This document shows positions 44,115 to 55,045 of a stretch of DNA of 64,000 nt, piece after piece (the first letter of the stretch is position 1; each line of letters starts with the position of its first letter). Origin of the DNA: an uncultured Methanosarcinaceae archaeon (GTDB lineage Archaea > Halobacteriota > Methanosarcinia > Methanosarcinales > Methanosarcinaceae); NCBI GenBank assembly GCA_963721455.1, contig CAVRJG010000041.1, positions 32,001 through 96,000 on the forward strand, read 5' to 3'. Made by a program: the position numbers and the translations under genes. The notes beneath the pieces were generated by a model that ran no database searches, had not been told where the DNA came from, and saw only the letters and a program-made list of their open reading frames with translations.

Positions 44115-44921
44115 TCACGCCTTTGTTGATTCGATGTGCCGCTTGAAAATCCCATGTCCGCCAAGCTTCGAAATGGTATCGACTGCTATCTGGGCAGATT
44201 TTTTAAGGACCGATTCGGCTTTCTTGTAATCCGGGGCTATTACTTTGATCCTGTATCTAGGAGCCCCTGTGTAACTTACTTCGAGCCTGATATCTTTTCC
44301 ATCCACATCACTGATAGAGTTTGCAGCACTGAGCGCTTGCTTTATGACCTCTATGCCGTTTGGAAGTTCGCAGGTCAGGTCCACATATCCTGCTATGTCT
44401 ACGAAGGGCAGTTTGATATTTTCCCCTGCTATTTTTATTATGCTCTTTAAGTCTTTCTTATTGATTTTGATCCCTTTGAAGGCTTTTTCCCCTTCGATAG
44501 CAGCTTCTTCAAAGGCGGCGTATGCACTTCCGAACTCTTCTACGAGCCTTTCATGCAGAGTTTGAATTTCACTTTCATCGGTCTTGGTCTCTTCAGCCAC
44601 GAACTGGAGCCACTTGGCGGCTTTTTGCTCGTTCTTCCATTCCTGGATTTTAGCCCGCCGCTGGTGCTCGTTCACGTCTTTCAATGAAAGGTCGATGTGG
44701 CCGCGGGAAGGGTCCACGTTCAGAACCTTGCAGACGATCTTCTGCCCTTCCCTTACGTAGTCCCTGACGTACTTGACCCAGCCTGCTTTTATTTCGGAGA
44801 TATGGATGAAACCTTCCCTTGCTCCGAATTCCTCAAGCTCGACATAGGCTCCGAAATCCGTTACATTCTTTACAGTACATACAACAAATTCTCCGACTTC
44901 GGGCCAGTTATCGTTTCCCAT
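44115..44921 (-). CDS. eif2a: translation initiation factor aIF-2 alpha
   Basis: WPEVGEFV S1 domain, GHIDLSLK, YTGAPRYRI. Confidence 0.97.
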   Translation of the reverse strand: MGNDNWPEVGEFVVCTVKNVTDFGAYVELEEFGAREGFIHISEIKAGWVKYVRDYVREGQKIVCKVLNVDPSRGHIDLSLKDVNEHQRRAKIQEWKNEQKAAKWLQFVAEETKTDESEIQTLHERLVEEFGSAYAAFEEAAIEGEKAFKGIKINKKDLKSIIKIAGENIKLPFVDIAGYVDLTCELPNGIEVIKQALSAANSISDVDGKDIRLEVSYTGAPRYRIKVIAPDYKKAESVLKKSAQIAVDTISKLGGHGIFKRHIESTKA

Positions 44922-44993
44922 TCGCACCACTTCTCAAATTTTGTCTTTTATTAATTTTTACTCTAAGTCTGTAACGTGCTTTTACCGGTCCGG

Positions 44994-45470
<477 letters not shown>

Positions 45471-45869
45471 TTACACCTTTTTAATGATTATTGGTATTGT
45501 AGCTAGCCTTCTCCGGCTTTCGCGGAAAGGCATTGTAATATACAGTTATTCAACAATAGAGTTATTCAATATATGTACGGCGTTTACGTATGACGTTTTG
45601 ATCCTGGGAAGATCTTATTTTGGAAGCCTTTGATTAGATGAACTTGAAAATTTTCCAACCTCTTTTTGTCTCGATATCACGATTGGCAGTCTTTTATCGA
45701 TGACGAGGTCAGAGCATGCTAACAAGGTTAAGCTACACAGATATAGCTACACATATAAATACTCATACTATTGCCTGATAGGCTTTCCTGCCTGAACTTA
45801 ACATTTTCAAGGTTTTCAAACTGGCTGCCTTCCTTTTTTCAAGCTAAATAAGCTGTAAATCTCAGGAAA

Positions 45870-46577
45870 TTAATCTTTTCCGGAATTTTCCTGCCCGGCA
45901 ATCATTTTAGCTGCATTGCGCTTTATCAACCCTGTTGCGTTGAGTTGCGGCAAAACAACGACTTCTTCGGCACTGACCGTATAATTCCGGCCGTCTGCAC
46001 CTGTGAAAGTAGGCAGATCCTTCAGCATTCGAACAACAACGTATTCTTCATTTATATTATTTTTGTCTGGCCCTGTCCCGGTTTCATTTCCGGCTGCCGT
46101 TCCGGAGATTCCCTTTCCTGCCCCCGTTTCTCCCTTGACGCTGGCAGAAATCGGTCTCCCACCTCCCAGTTCGGGCCAGGCTGCAATCTTTTCGGAATCA
46201 GGGTACAGAATAGGGCCTAGAAGCTCTATTTTTGCGGCATCAACCCCCTGCAATACAAGGTCATAAAGCCTTTTTTCCGCAGGAAGCAGCTTTTCAATAT
46301 CCTTTGAAATAGGTTTGTCTGCATGGGACTGGATCGTTGCCATGGTAATAACCTTTCCTATCCTTTTCATGAAGATAGTTTCAAGGGCAGAAAGCGCTCC
46401 TTCATGCTCGTCGTGGAGCATCTTGGACTCAGTAGAACGGGAATTATTTACTTTCTTGATATCTTCATCAAGCTCCCGGATATATTTCTCAGCTTCCAGG
46501 TAAAAATCAGCCTTAATTGCCTTCAATTTCTGGTTCTGTTCCTTACGCAGGGTTTGGCTGATTTCTTCTATATCCAT
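45870..46577 (-). CDS. GINS complex subunit (Gins51-like)
   Basis: Helical A domain plus C-terminal VRMLKDLPTFTGADGRNY..LP..NA B domain; directly downstream of priS. Confidence 0.8.
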   Translation of the reverse strand: MDIEEISQTLRKEQNQKLKAIKADFYLEAEKYIRELDEDIKKVNNSRSTESKMLHDEHEGALSALETIFMKRIGKVITMATIQSHADKPISKDIEKLLPAEKRLYDLVLQGVDAAKIELLGPILYPDSEKIAAWPELGGGRPISASVKGETGAGKGISGTAAGNETGTGPDKNNINEEYVVVRMLKDLPTFTGADGRNYTVSAEEVVVLPQLNATGLIKRNAAKMIAGQENSGKD

Positions 46578-47787
46578 ACTCTGCAACACCTCTACAAATC
46601 AGATACACTGCCGCATACTCCGGAACTTCCTGTATGCCCTCTTCTATTCTTAAATCCTTGCCCTTCATCTGTACCGAAAAAGGCTTTGAAACTGTTATTT
46701 TTACCGGCCTCTCGCCAAAGACAATAGCATCATTAAGCGGATCAAATTTCTCTAACTCGGATAAAGCAAGTTTCTTCACCAGCATCCCGGACCCGCCATG
46801 AAGGGAACCCGGCACCCGGATCAAACGTTTGATGTCCGCAGTCACAGGCTCGTCAACATTGGCTCCGAATCTGTGCAGAAAATCCTCAACTGATTCACGC
46901 ATAAAATAGGCCGCAATATCCTTAAAGTTTCTGACATCAAAGTCCAGCCTTCCTCTCTCCAGGATGTCCTTTAAGCCATTTTCGCTATTCGTAATATTGA
47001 TCAGTTTTTTTACTGTAGTATCCCCGACCTTCTCATGCCTGCGAAGCTCAGGGAACATGTCCTTCTTGTATCTCTTTCCGCATTCGGCTTTCATATAATC
47101 CGTAAGATAGAGCGCAATCCTTTTTCCCCACCCTGAATCATATCCCAAAAGCGTACACTTCATTGGCACATTCTTTATCCCTTTGAAAGCTTTTGACCCT
47201 GTCCCGAACTCTCCATCCATCGCAACTTCCTTAAAAAAATATTTGAACTCTAGATCCTTGCCGCTTATATAATTCACTATTTCCCTTCTCTCGGCACTCC
47301 CAAGCGTCAGGACTTTCGGGCTCGTAACGTGGAAATGGTATCCCCTCCCCCCGGAAAACACCAGCTCAATTTCCTGTTCTGAAAACCCGAAATCGTCTAA
47401 AAGAAAATCCATGAGCTTGAAAGTTTCCTTCTTCACAAGCTCAAGCATATCCGCATAATTTCTCGGAGCATTTGGCAGGTGGTCCGCATCAAGGTCGAAA
47501 ATCAGTTCCGCCCCAAGCCAGTTCTTTTCATTCATCTTCTTTGCGTCAGGATATTCATAATACGCAGTCGAATTGTAAACGTGCGCGGGAGCCATGCCGT
47601 AAAGATAATCAAGAGCTTCTCCGGGCGAGCCGAAGGACTTGTGCCTGTGCATCATCTTTTCAGGCATATCGTCATAGAAAATAAAAGCCCATTCTCTGTT
47701 AGGCAGGTGGTCAGGGAGACCTATTTCGGCATTTTTGTAATATTTCTGAAAGCGAGACTTCAAAAAACGGGCGGTTCGACTGTCCAT
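46543..47787 (-). CDS. priS: DNA primase small subunit
   Basis: REWAF, ELIFDLDADH, FSGGRGYH, DEPVTADIKRLIRVPGSLHG. Confidence 0.97.
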   Translation of the reverse strand: MDSRTARFLKSRFQKYYKNAEIGLPDHLPNREWAFIFYDDMPEKMMHRHKSFGSPGEALDYLYGMAPAHVYNSTAYYEYPDAKKMNEKNWLGAELIFDLDADHLPNAPRNYADMLELVKKETFKLMDFLLDDFGFSEQEIELVFSGGRGYHFHVTSPKVLTLGSAERREIVNYISGKDLEFKYFFKEVAMDGEFGTGSKAFKGIKNVPMKCTLLGYDSGWGKRIALYLTDYMKAECGKRYKKDMFPELRRHEKVGDTTVKKLINITNSENGLKDILERGRLDFDVRNFKDIAAYFMRESVEDFLHRFGANVDEPVTADIKRLIRVPGSLHGGSGMLVKKLALSELEKFDPLNDAIVFGERPVKITVSKPFSVQMKGKDLRIEEGIQEVPEYAAVYLICRGVAEYGYRRNQPNPA

Positions 47788-48117
47788 GGTTTCCTGGTTA
47801 CTTGGGTTTTGAATCTTATTCAGGGATTTAATCAGGGATTTAGTTTAGGGTTTTGGTTGGGTTTTCCTAAGATAGATCAATCTCATATTTTACTTTTGGT
47901 TATATGAGTTTTTTTAAAATAGTTTAATAGCCCCTTCGGGTTTAGGTAAATTCTTCCTTTGTATGATCTTACTTGCACCGGTTTTTTAGTCAAGGGTATT
48001 CCGTGGCAGTAAGGTTTAATTTTTAACATGCACAACAATAAATTGCTAGGAATCATAGAAACCGGCAAATCGAAACTGGCAAATAAAAGCTGACAAATTA
48101 ACGAAAAACTTCATGGA

Positions 48118-48963
48118 GTGGGTCTTGTGGGAAGCAAATCAAGTATTAAAAATTATATTAATACAGTTCGATACTACCTGAAAAAAGAGAAGATTAAAGA
48201 GAAAAGAGACGAAATTGAAGAGCTATCTATCCTGGCAACGTCCGAAAACCCGAAAAATATTGAAGTATTTACCAGCCCTTCTACAGGTATGGAATTTGTA
48301 CTGATTCCAGCCGGTGAATTTGATATGGGTTCACCTTCCGAAGAGAAAGACAGGTCAGATTATGAATCTCCTGCCCATAAAGTAACAATTAAAAACTCTT
48401 TTTACCTTGGTAAATCCTCTGTCACGCAAAAACAATGGAAAAAAGTAATGGGGAATAATCCTTCCCACTTTAAGGGCGAAGCCCGGCCTGTTGAGATGGT
48501 TTCCTGGGAAGACGTTCAGGAGTTTGTCGCAAAACTGAATGAAAAGGAAGGAACTGATAAGTACCGCTTACCCTCAGAAGCCGAATGGGAGTATGCCTGC
48601 AGGGCTGGCACACAAACAAGCTTTTCTTTTGGTGACGATGAATCAAAACTTAATGAATATGCATGGTATGCCGAGAACTCAGGTAGTAAGACTCACTCAA
48701 TTAGCCAGAAGAAACCAAACTCCTGGGGACTTTATGATGTGCATGGGAATGTCTGGGAATGGGTACAGGACGAATGGCATGAAGATTACAATGGAGCTCC
48801 TTCAGATGGAACCGTCTGGGAAGATGGAGACAGCTCAGATCGGGTTTCTCGTGGGGGAAGCTGGTACTGCAATACAGAATTCTGCCGTTCGGCTGGCCGC
48901 TTCAGGCGCGAACCTGAAAGCCGTTTCGGCAACCTTGGCTTTCGCCTCTTGAGGAAATTGTAA
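48118..48963 (+). CDS. FGE-sulfatase (C-type lectin fold) domain protein, DGR-target-like
   Basis: IPAGEFDMGS, RLPSEAEWEYACRAG, NSWGLYDVHGNVWEW, RGGSW, GFRL. Confidence 0.92.
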   Translation: MGLVGSKSSIKNYINTVRYYLKKEKIKEKRDEIEELSILATSENPKNIEVFTSPSTGMEFVLIPAGEFDMGSPSEEKDRSDYESPAHKVTIKNSFYLGKSSVTQKQWKKVMGNNPSHFKGEARPVEMVSWEDVQEFVAKLNEKEGTDKYRLPSEAEWEYACRAGTQTSFSFGDDESKLNEYAWYAENSGSKTHSISQKKPNSWGLYDVHGNVWEWVQDEWHEDYNGAPSDGTVWEDGDSSDRVSRGGSWYCNTEFCRSAGRFRREPESRFGNLGFRLLRKL

Positions 48964-49239
48964 CCTCCTTTCCTACTTTACAACTCATACTGCCGCAAAC
49001 GATCCCAACTTTATTCGTAAAGCGAAGCTCGAAGGCTCGAAGCGTGCGAAGCCGCCGGGCTTGAGGTGCTGAGCCACCCATCTTTAAAAATATATTTAGG
49101 TTTAATCTGACAGTGCTGCTCTTTTTGGAGTTTTTGGGGACGAAAAGGCCGTTTGCTACGCAAACGTGACAAGAAACGTTTAATGAAGTATTCCGGTTGC
49201 CCTGTTTTTTTTTCGAAAACCTTAACCTACAAGGTGTTA

Positions 49240-49300
49240 AGTCCTCTTGAGCGAGCGAAGCGAGGAAACGGACCGCGTACTCCCGAGGCGCAATTCGGGT
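49240..49300 (-). repeat. dispersed GC-rich intergenic repeat
   Basis: Reverse complement reads CCCGAATTGCGCCTCGGGAGTACGCGGTCC..CGCTTCGCTCGCTCAAGAGGACT. Confidence 0.75.
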
Positions 49301-49371
49301 GGCGCAACTAGGGAAGCTCTAATCGGCCTGGACAATAGACTTATACATGAATCCTCTCTTATATCCACTTC

Positions 49372-51765
49372 ATGAAACAGGATATGTCAAGTGCCGACGT
49401 TGCTGCAGTCGTTGCCGAACTGTCAGCGGGTCCGAAGTCCCTTATTGATGCGAAGATCGGGAAGATCTACCAGCCTGGAAGTGGGGAGATCCGCATCAAC
49501 CTTTACGTTTATCACCATGGCAGGGACAACCTGGTTATTGAGGCTGGGAAGCGCATCCATTTAAGTAAACACTTCAGGGTAAGCCCCACGCTTCCCCAGG
49601 CTTTTCCAATGCTGCTTAGAAAATACCTGTCCGGGGGCAGGATCGTATCTTTTGAGCAGCATGATTTTGACAGGGTCGTGAAAATCGGGATCGAGAGGGC
49701 GGGAGTCCGAAATACTCTTATTGTGGAGCTTTTTGCTCGGGGGAACGTGCTTATCGTTGATTCGGAAAACAAGATTATCCTGCCCATGAATCCTGTGACC
49801 CTGAAGGACAGGCGGCTTCGGAGCGGAGAAATTTACGAGCTGCCTGAGGCACAGATGAGCCCAGTAGAGGCTAAGGTTTCTGACCTTATGGATGCTTTTT
49901 CCAGATCTACGGCTGATATTGTCCGGACGATTGCCACAAGGTTCAATCTGGGAGGAGTTCTGGCAGAAGAAGTCTGTGAAAGGGCAGGAATTGATAAATC
50001 AAAGTCTGCAAAGGAAGCAACTGAAGAAGACGCTTCCAGGCTCTGCAGTGCTATGCAGGATCTCTTTTCTCCGCTCTTCAGCGGGAGGGCGGCAGGCAAG
50101 AGAGGGGAACCAGAACCCGGAGTTGAAACTGGGGCTGAAATTGAAACTGGGGCTGAAATTGAGGCTGAGGCTGAAATTGAACCACATGCTGGAATTGAAC
50201 CCGAAATTGGAGTTGAAGTCGAAGCTTCTAAACTCAGACCCCAGCATGTTAAAAAAGAAATTAACGGAAAGATAGAAACCTTCGATGTGCTGCCTTTTGA
50301 CCTTATTCGCTATTCAGGATTTGAAAAAGAATATTTCGACTCATTTAATACTGCACTTGACGAGTTTTTCGGGAAAAAGGCTCTGGAACAGGTCGCAGAG
50401 GTAAAAGAAGCTGAGAAAAAGGAGAAAAACCTTGGAGTCTTCGAACGGCGGCTTCTCCAGCAGGAAGATAGCCTTGCGAAGTTCGGAAAAGAAATTGAGA
50501 AGAACAATACAATTGCAGAAATTGTTTATGCCAATTACCAGCTTATCGAAGAGCTTTTTTCCGTACTCAACGGCGCAAGGGCAAAAGGTTACTCCTGGGA
50601 CGAAATCCGCTCTATCCTGAAACAGGCCAAAAAGACTGTGCCTGCTGCGCAAAATATTACAAATATTGACCAGAAAACCGGGACTGTAACTGTGGAGCTT
50701 GACGGGAAAAGCGTCAACCTTGACATCCGGAAGACAGTGCCTCAGAACGCTCAGGAATATTATGAAAAGGTCAAAAAATTCAGCAAAAAGAAGGAAGGCG
50801 CTCTCAAAGCTATCGAAGATACCAGGAAGGCTATGGCGAAAAAGGCTGCATCAAAGGCTGCAAAGGCAGGGAGGAAACTGCAGGCTTCCCGGAAAAAGCA
50901 CTGGTACGACAGGTTCAGATGGTTTGTGTCCTCTGACGGTTTCCTGGTTGTGGGCGGCAGGGATGTAGATACCAACGAGGAAGTTTTCAAAAAATACATG
51001 GAAAAGAGGGATATCGTCTTCCACACCCAGACGCCTGGTGCTCCCCTCACAGTTATCAAGACCGGCGGAGAAGAGGTTCCCGAATCTACTCTGCAGGAGG
51101 CCGCACAGTTTGCAGTTTCTTATTCCAGCCTCTGGAAAGCCGGGCATTTCAGCGGGGACTGCTACTGGGTCAAAGCCGAGCAGGTCACCAAAACCCCGGA
51201 ATCCGGAGAGTATGTGAAGAAAGGGGCTTTTATCATTCGTGGGGAACGCAATTACTTCAAGGACGTGCCTCTTGGCATTGCAGTCGGGCTTGAACTCAAA
51301 GGCGAGACAAGGGTAATAGGTGGGCCCGCGTCTGCTGTCCGGAAGCATGGGAATTATATTCTGGAAGTGGTCCCAGGTACTTTTAACCAGAATGACATTT
51401 CAAAAAAGATCTACAGGATTTATGCGGACGAACTCAATGACCCCCGTTTCGTAAAGCAGATCGCATCCCCTGACCTGGTTGCCATGATGATCCCTGCCGG
51501 AGAATCGGACTTAAAACGACAGAAACCGGAAAGGAAGGGACAGAGAACCGAGCCTGAAGGAGAAGAATACGGAACTCCTGAAGTAGAAGGCGAACCTGAA
51601 GATATCGGGGAGGAAATTGAAGAGGAATTCGGAGAAGACTTTGGAGAGGAAGCCGGAGAAAAAACCGGAGAAGATATTAAAGGGGGATTTGAAGAGGAAT
51701 TTGAAAAGGAAGCCGGAGAAGGAAGTGAAGAGGGTATCGAAACGCGTGGAGTGAAAAAGGCATGA
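49372..51765 (+). CDS. rqcH: Rqc2/RqcH (NFACT family) ribosome quality-control protein
   Basis: MSSADVAA, MLLRKYL, FDRVV, VELFARGN, NAQEYYEK, WYDRFRWF, GGRD..TNE, TPESGEY. Confidence 0.93.
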   Translation: MKQDMSSADVAAVVAELSAGPKSLIDAKIGKIYQPGSGEIRINLYVYHHGRDNLVIEAGKRIHLSKHFRVSPTLPQAFPMLLRKYLSGGRIVSFEQHDFDRVVKIGIERAGVRNTLIVELFARGNVLIVDSENKIILPMNPVTLKDRRLRSGEIYELPEAQMSPVEAKVSDLMDAFSRSTADIVRTIATRFNLGGVLAEEVCERAGIDKSKSAKEATEEDASRLCSAMQDLFSPLFSGRAAGKRGEPEPGVETGAEIETGAEIEAEAEIEPHAGIEPEIGVEVEASKLRPQHVKKEINGKIETFDVLPFDLIRYSGFEKEYFDSFNTALDEFFGKKALEQVAEVKEAEKKEKNLGVFERRLLQQEDSLAKFGKEIEKNNTIAEIVYANYQLIEELFSVLNGARAKGYSWDEIRSILKQAKKTVPAAQNITNIDQKTGTVTVELDGKSVNLDIRKTVPQNAQEYYEKVKKFSKKKEGALKAIEDTRKAMAKKAASKAAKAGRKLQASRKKHWYDRFRWFVSSDGFLVVGGRDVDTNEEVFKKYMEKRDIVFHTQTPGAPLTVIKTGGEEVPESTLQEAAQFAVSYSSLWKAGHFSGDCYWVKAEQVTKTPESGEYVKKGAFIIRGERNYFKDVPLGIAVGLELKGETRVIGGPASAVRKHGNYILEVVPGTFNQNDISKKIYRIYADELNDPRFVKQIASPDLVAMMIPAGESDLKRQKPERKGQRTEPEGEEYGTPEVEGEPEDIGEEIEEEFGEDFGEEAGEKTGEDIKGGFEEEFEKEAGEGSEEGIETRGVKKA

Positions 51766-52814
51766 GAGTTACAAAGCGTTCCCTTAAGGGGAGGGAAGGG
51801 GAAATTGCAGTAACAGCCGAAACCCTCGATGACCTCTGGCATCTGAAATATATAATTGAAAAAGGGGACCTTGTTTTTGCGGTTACCAAACGAAAGGCTG
51901 ACGCAGCAAGTGACAAAATTCGCCCTGAAAAGGTTGAGAAAGTAAAGGTCAGGCTCGGGATCAGGGTTGATGAAATGGAGTTTCACAAGTTTGCAAACAG
52001 GCTGAGGATACACGGGATGATCGAGCAAGGAATGGACGTGAGCTCCTATCACACCCTCAATGTCGAGATCGGAACCAATCTTTCCATTATCAAAGAGCAC
52101 TGGAAGAATGACCAGCTCCAGCGGATTCTGGATGCCGAAGAGGCTTCGAAGCGCCCGAAGGTCGTTATGGTTGCAGTGGAAGAGGGGGATGCAGATATCG
52201 GCTTTGTTCACCACTATGGGATAGAGATTTATTCCCATATCCGGCAGTCTTCAGGAAAACGGGAAACGGGCTTAAGAAACGAGTTTTTCAGGGAAATTGT
52301 TGAACAGCTCAGGCACGCGGTTCCTGAGGACGCATCTATAGTTATTGCAGGTCCCGGATTTACCAAAGACGATTTCTTGAAGTATTTCCGTGATGTCGAG
52401 CCTGCCATGGCTTCAAAAGCCCTGACAGAAGATACATCCATGATTGGAATGTCCGGTTTTCAGGAAGTTCTTCGCAGAGGGGCAGTCGACAGGATCATGC
52501 AGGAATCCCGCATAGCCCGCGAATCAGCCCTTATGGAAGACCTTATCCGGGAAATCTCAATGGACGGCAAAGCTGCCTATGGTTTTGCAGATGTTAAAAA
52601 TGCTCTTGGTTACGGGGCTGTCGAAACCCTGCTTATTGCTGACGAAACCCTGAGGGAAGGGCGGGAAATAGGGGAGGATATCAACAAATTTCTCATGGAG
52701 GTCGAACAGGCTCAGGGAAAAGTTGTTGTTTTCAGTACTGTTTTTGAGCCCGGAGAAAAGCTTCATAAATTGGGTGGAATTGCGGCTCTCCTCCGTTTCA
52801 AGGTGAAGGGTTGA
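51762..52814 (+). CDS. pelA: pelota ribosome rescue factor
   Basis: ETLDDLWHL, FHKFANRLRIHG, YHTLNV, AGPGF, GGIAALLRF. Confidence 0.96.
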   Translation: MRVTKRSLKGREGEIAVTAETLDDLWHLKYIIEKGDLVFAVTKRKADAASDKIRPEKVEKVKVRLGIRVDEMEFHKFANRLRIHGMIEQGMDVSSYHTLNVEIGTNLSIIKEHWKNDQLQRILDAEEASKRPKVVMVAVEEGDADIGFVHHYGIEIYSHIRQSSGKRETGLRNEFFREIVEQLRHAVPEDASIVIAGPGFTKDDFLKYFRDVEPAMASKALTEDTSMIGMSGFQEVLRRGAVDRIMQESRIARESALMEDLIREISMDGKAAYGFADVKNALGYGAVETLLIADETLREGREIGEDINKFLMEVEQAQGKVVVFSTVFEPGEKLHKLGGIAALLRFKVKG

Positions 52815-52853
52815 GCTATTTCTTTCAGGTTTGCAATCCTTATCCCGGATTTG

Positions 52854-53573
52854 TTAAATCAGGAGAAGGGCGATAAACCCACTTAAGAATATTCCGTCAA
52901 ACGTTCCTGCTCCCCCTATGCTTGCGATCGGAGCTCCAAGGTTCCTGATTTTTCCCAGGTTAAGGAGGTCGGCTCCTATTAGTGTTCCGAGCACTCCTCC
53001 TACATAGGCAGTGACAACACGGCACTGGCCAATCGGGCAGTCAGAAATCTGAAAAACCGAAGTCAGCAGGATCGCAGCAAGGGCAGCTGTAAGCGGTGGA
53101 ATTAATGCAGGAGTTGCAATTCCTATCCCGCTAATCGGCCTTGCTACGGAATAGGTTATGATTGTAACTATTAAGACCCCCGCCCCTGCAAGAAGGAGAG
53201 ACGAAGGGAATTTTGTAAGGAGATAGGCTGAAATCAGGACAGGGATGATTGCTCCTCCTACATTGACGGCAATTGTTGTTTCGTTTCTTGTCATGCGCCG
53301 GATTGGGACTCTGTAAGAAACGCCAAAGACACGGACATACCTATCTCTAACCACCGGAATTTCGGACCTCAGGGTTGCCAGAGGAATATTGATGCCGCTT
53401 CCGACAAGGGACAGTACCAGGATAAGGAATGCGTCCCCTGTAGAGAAGCCAATTTTCATAAAGGTGGAAATAATAACTCCAAAAAAGAGAAAACCAAGTC
53501 CGAAGATTAGAATAAGGATTAAAAGAAGAAGGAATGTAAGGCTAAAAGGAATGTAAAAAAGTTGCCTTCTCAT
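52854..53573 (-). CDS. DUF1614 membrane protein
   Basis: GSGINIP, IAVNVGGAIIP, GTLIGADLLNL, SIGGAGTFDGIFL. Confidence 0.9.
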   Translation of the reverse strand: MRRQLFYIPFSLTFLLLLILILIFGLGFLFFGVIISTFMKIGFSTGDAFLILVLSLVGSGINIPLATLRSEIPVVRDRYVRVFGVSYRVPIRRMTRNETTIAVNVGGAIIPVLISAYLLTKFPSSLLLAGAGVLIVTIITYSVARPISGIGIATPALIPPLTAALAAILLTSVFQISDCPIGQCRVVTAYVGGVLGTLIGADLLNLGKIRNLGAPIASIGGAGTFDGIFLSGFIALLLI

Positions 53574-53740
53574 GAACTCACCCTACTTTCTTCATTTCCC
53601 TGCACATCGAGAAATATATTTTCTTTATTTATGTGTCTCTTTATTGCTTTTATCTCTCTACTTTATTGAAAGTATCCGGTCTTTAATAGTCTGCGATCAA
53701 ACATTTCTGCAGCGCGATTAAAAATTTCTGATTATCATGT

Positions 53741-54625
53741 TCAGATGTATCTTATTGCAGGCCTCATGCATTCCATACAGATTGTTTCTTTTGCATCTTT
53801 GTATATCCTGAGGACTCCACCTGACTCTGATATCGTAACTGCGATTGCAACCGTATCTCTGGTGATTGCGGCTGCTGAAACATGCCTGCCCCCCAGTCCC
53901 TTTTCGATATCTATATTTTTCGCATCAACATCAAGGTAGCGCCCTGCGGCATGGATAATGCCTGCTTCATCCACCACAAAAACTCCATCAAGCTGGGAAA
54001 ATTCTTTTATGGACTCCCAGTTTCTCTTGTCAAGGACATTCCGATAAATTTCTTCATGACCTGCATAAGGATTAAGGATTATCTGGTGAGAGCGTTTCAA
54101 GACCTCTTCGGAATCACCTACAATAAAGGCTGCTCCTATTTTCTTTCCTTCCCTCCCCGCCAGGGCAATGTCAAAAGAAATTTTCATAATTGCACTCATT
54201 ACGTCCGGTTTTATCCTCTCCTGACATTCCTTCATGGCTTTTATGATGGGGTTTTCGTCGAGGTTATGTACGATAATCGAACTGGAGCCGCGGGTTTCAA
54301 CCACGCCTACGATAATCCCGGTTTTCTGTTCTCCAAGCACGTACTCTATGGCCGCAGCCTGCTGCAGGTGATCAGCGTTGCCTGAGGCTTCCCGGTTTAT
54401 CTGGTCGCTGAGCTCCTTTAGAGGATTTTTTCCATCTTTTCCTGTGGAGACCAGATGGTCTATTATGCTTTTCGGGCGCATGGAAATGTAGTAGACCGGA
54501 ATTCCCCCAGTTTCGATCCCTTCAAAATTCAGCTCCCCGGAAACCATAATTGCGGCAGCATCAAGTTCCATGGAAATCCGGGCTGCCGTTTCTGCAATTA
54601 TACGTGCTCTATCCATATGATCCAC
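53741..54625 (-). CDS. dacZ: diadenylate cyclase (DacZ type)
   Basis: GREGKKIGAAFIVGD, LDGVFV, GLGGRHVSAA, ISESGG. Confidence 0.9.
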   Translation of the reverse strand: MDHMDRARIIAETAARISMELDAAAIMVSGELNFEGIETGGIPVYYISMRPKSIIDHLVSTGKDGKNPLKELSDQINREASGNADHLQQAAAIEYVLGEQKTGIIVGVVETRGSSSIIVHNLDENPIIKAMKECQERIKPDVMSAIMKISFDIALAGREGKKIGAAFIVGDSEEVLKRSHQIILNPYAGHEEIYRNVLDKRNWESIKEFSQLDGVFVVDEAGIIHAAGRYLDVDAKNIDIEKGLGGRHVSAAAITRDTVAIAVTISESGGVLRIYKDAKETICMECMRPAIRYI

Positions 54626-54677
54626 CGCTTTTCTATTTTTGTGGCAATCTATTTGCGGTTCTGCGTTTTGTTTTTGA

Positions 54678-54788
54678 AGTTAATATTATTTCTTTGAACT
54701 AACATTATTTTTCTTAAATTAATGTTATTATTTTTTTTAACTTAGCGTTTTTTCTCAGGTTAACATTATTTTTTTCAGGTTAACATTA
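54678..54788 (+). repeat. degenerate ~21-bp tandem repeats (TTAACATTATTTTT)
   Basis: About five TTAA(C/T)ATTATTT units upstream of dacZ. Confidence 0.6.
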
Positions 54789-55045
54789 AAGGCAACTATA
54801 TAAATACTTAAGCTTATTTACCCCCTATGTACTGTGATATCTTATATATTATAATTGCCCTGTAATTGCTTTGATCTCTTCTTCTTTTTTCCTTCCCACT
54901 TTTTTGCACTTCTTTCTCCTCACTTCTTTTTTCTAATAGCATCTTCAGGCAGGTTTACAATTCCTCAGAAAACGATATCAGAACTCAACTTTTCCGAGAG
55001 GAAGTTTATAGGAAGATTTTTCTGGTTATTTTTTCAATTAATATA

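Noticed and set aside
45480-45860. Possible sRNA upstream of rpl44e
   Set aside because: Only partial box-C-like words; no complete C/D or H/ACA arrangement could be supported.
47790-49370. Complete DGR cassette
   Set aside because: No reverse transcriptase, avd or AAC-rich template repeat in the window; only a target-like gene.
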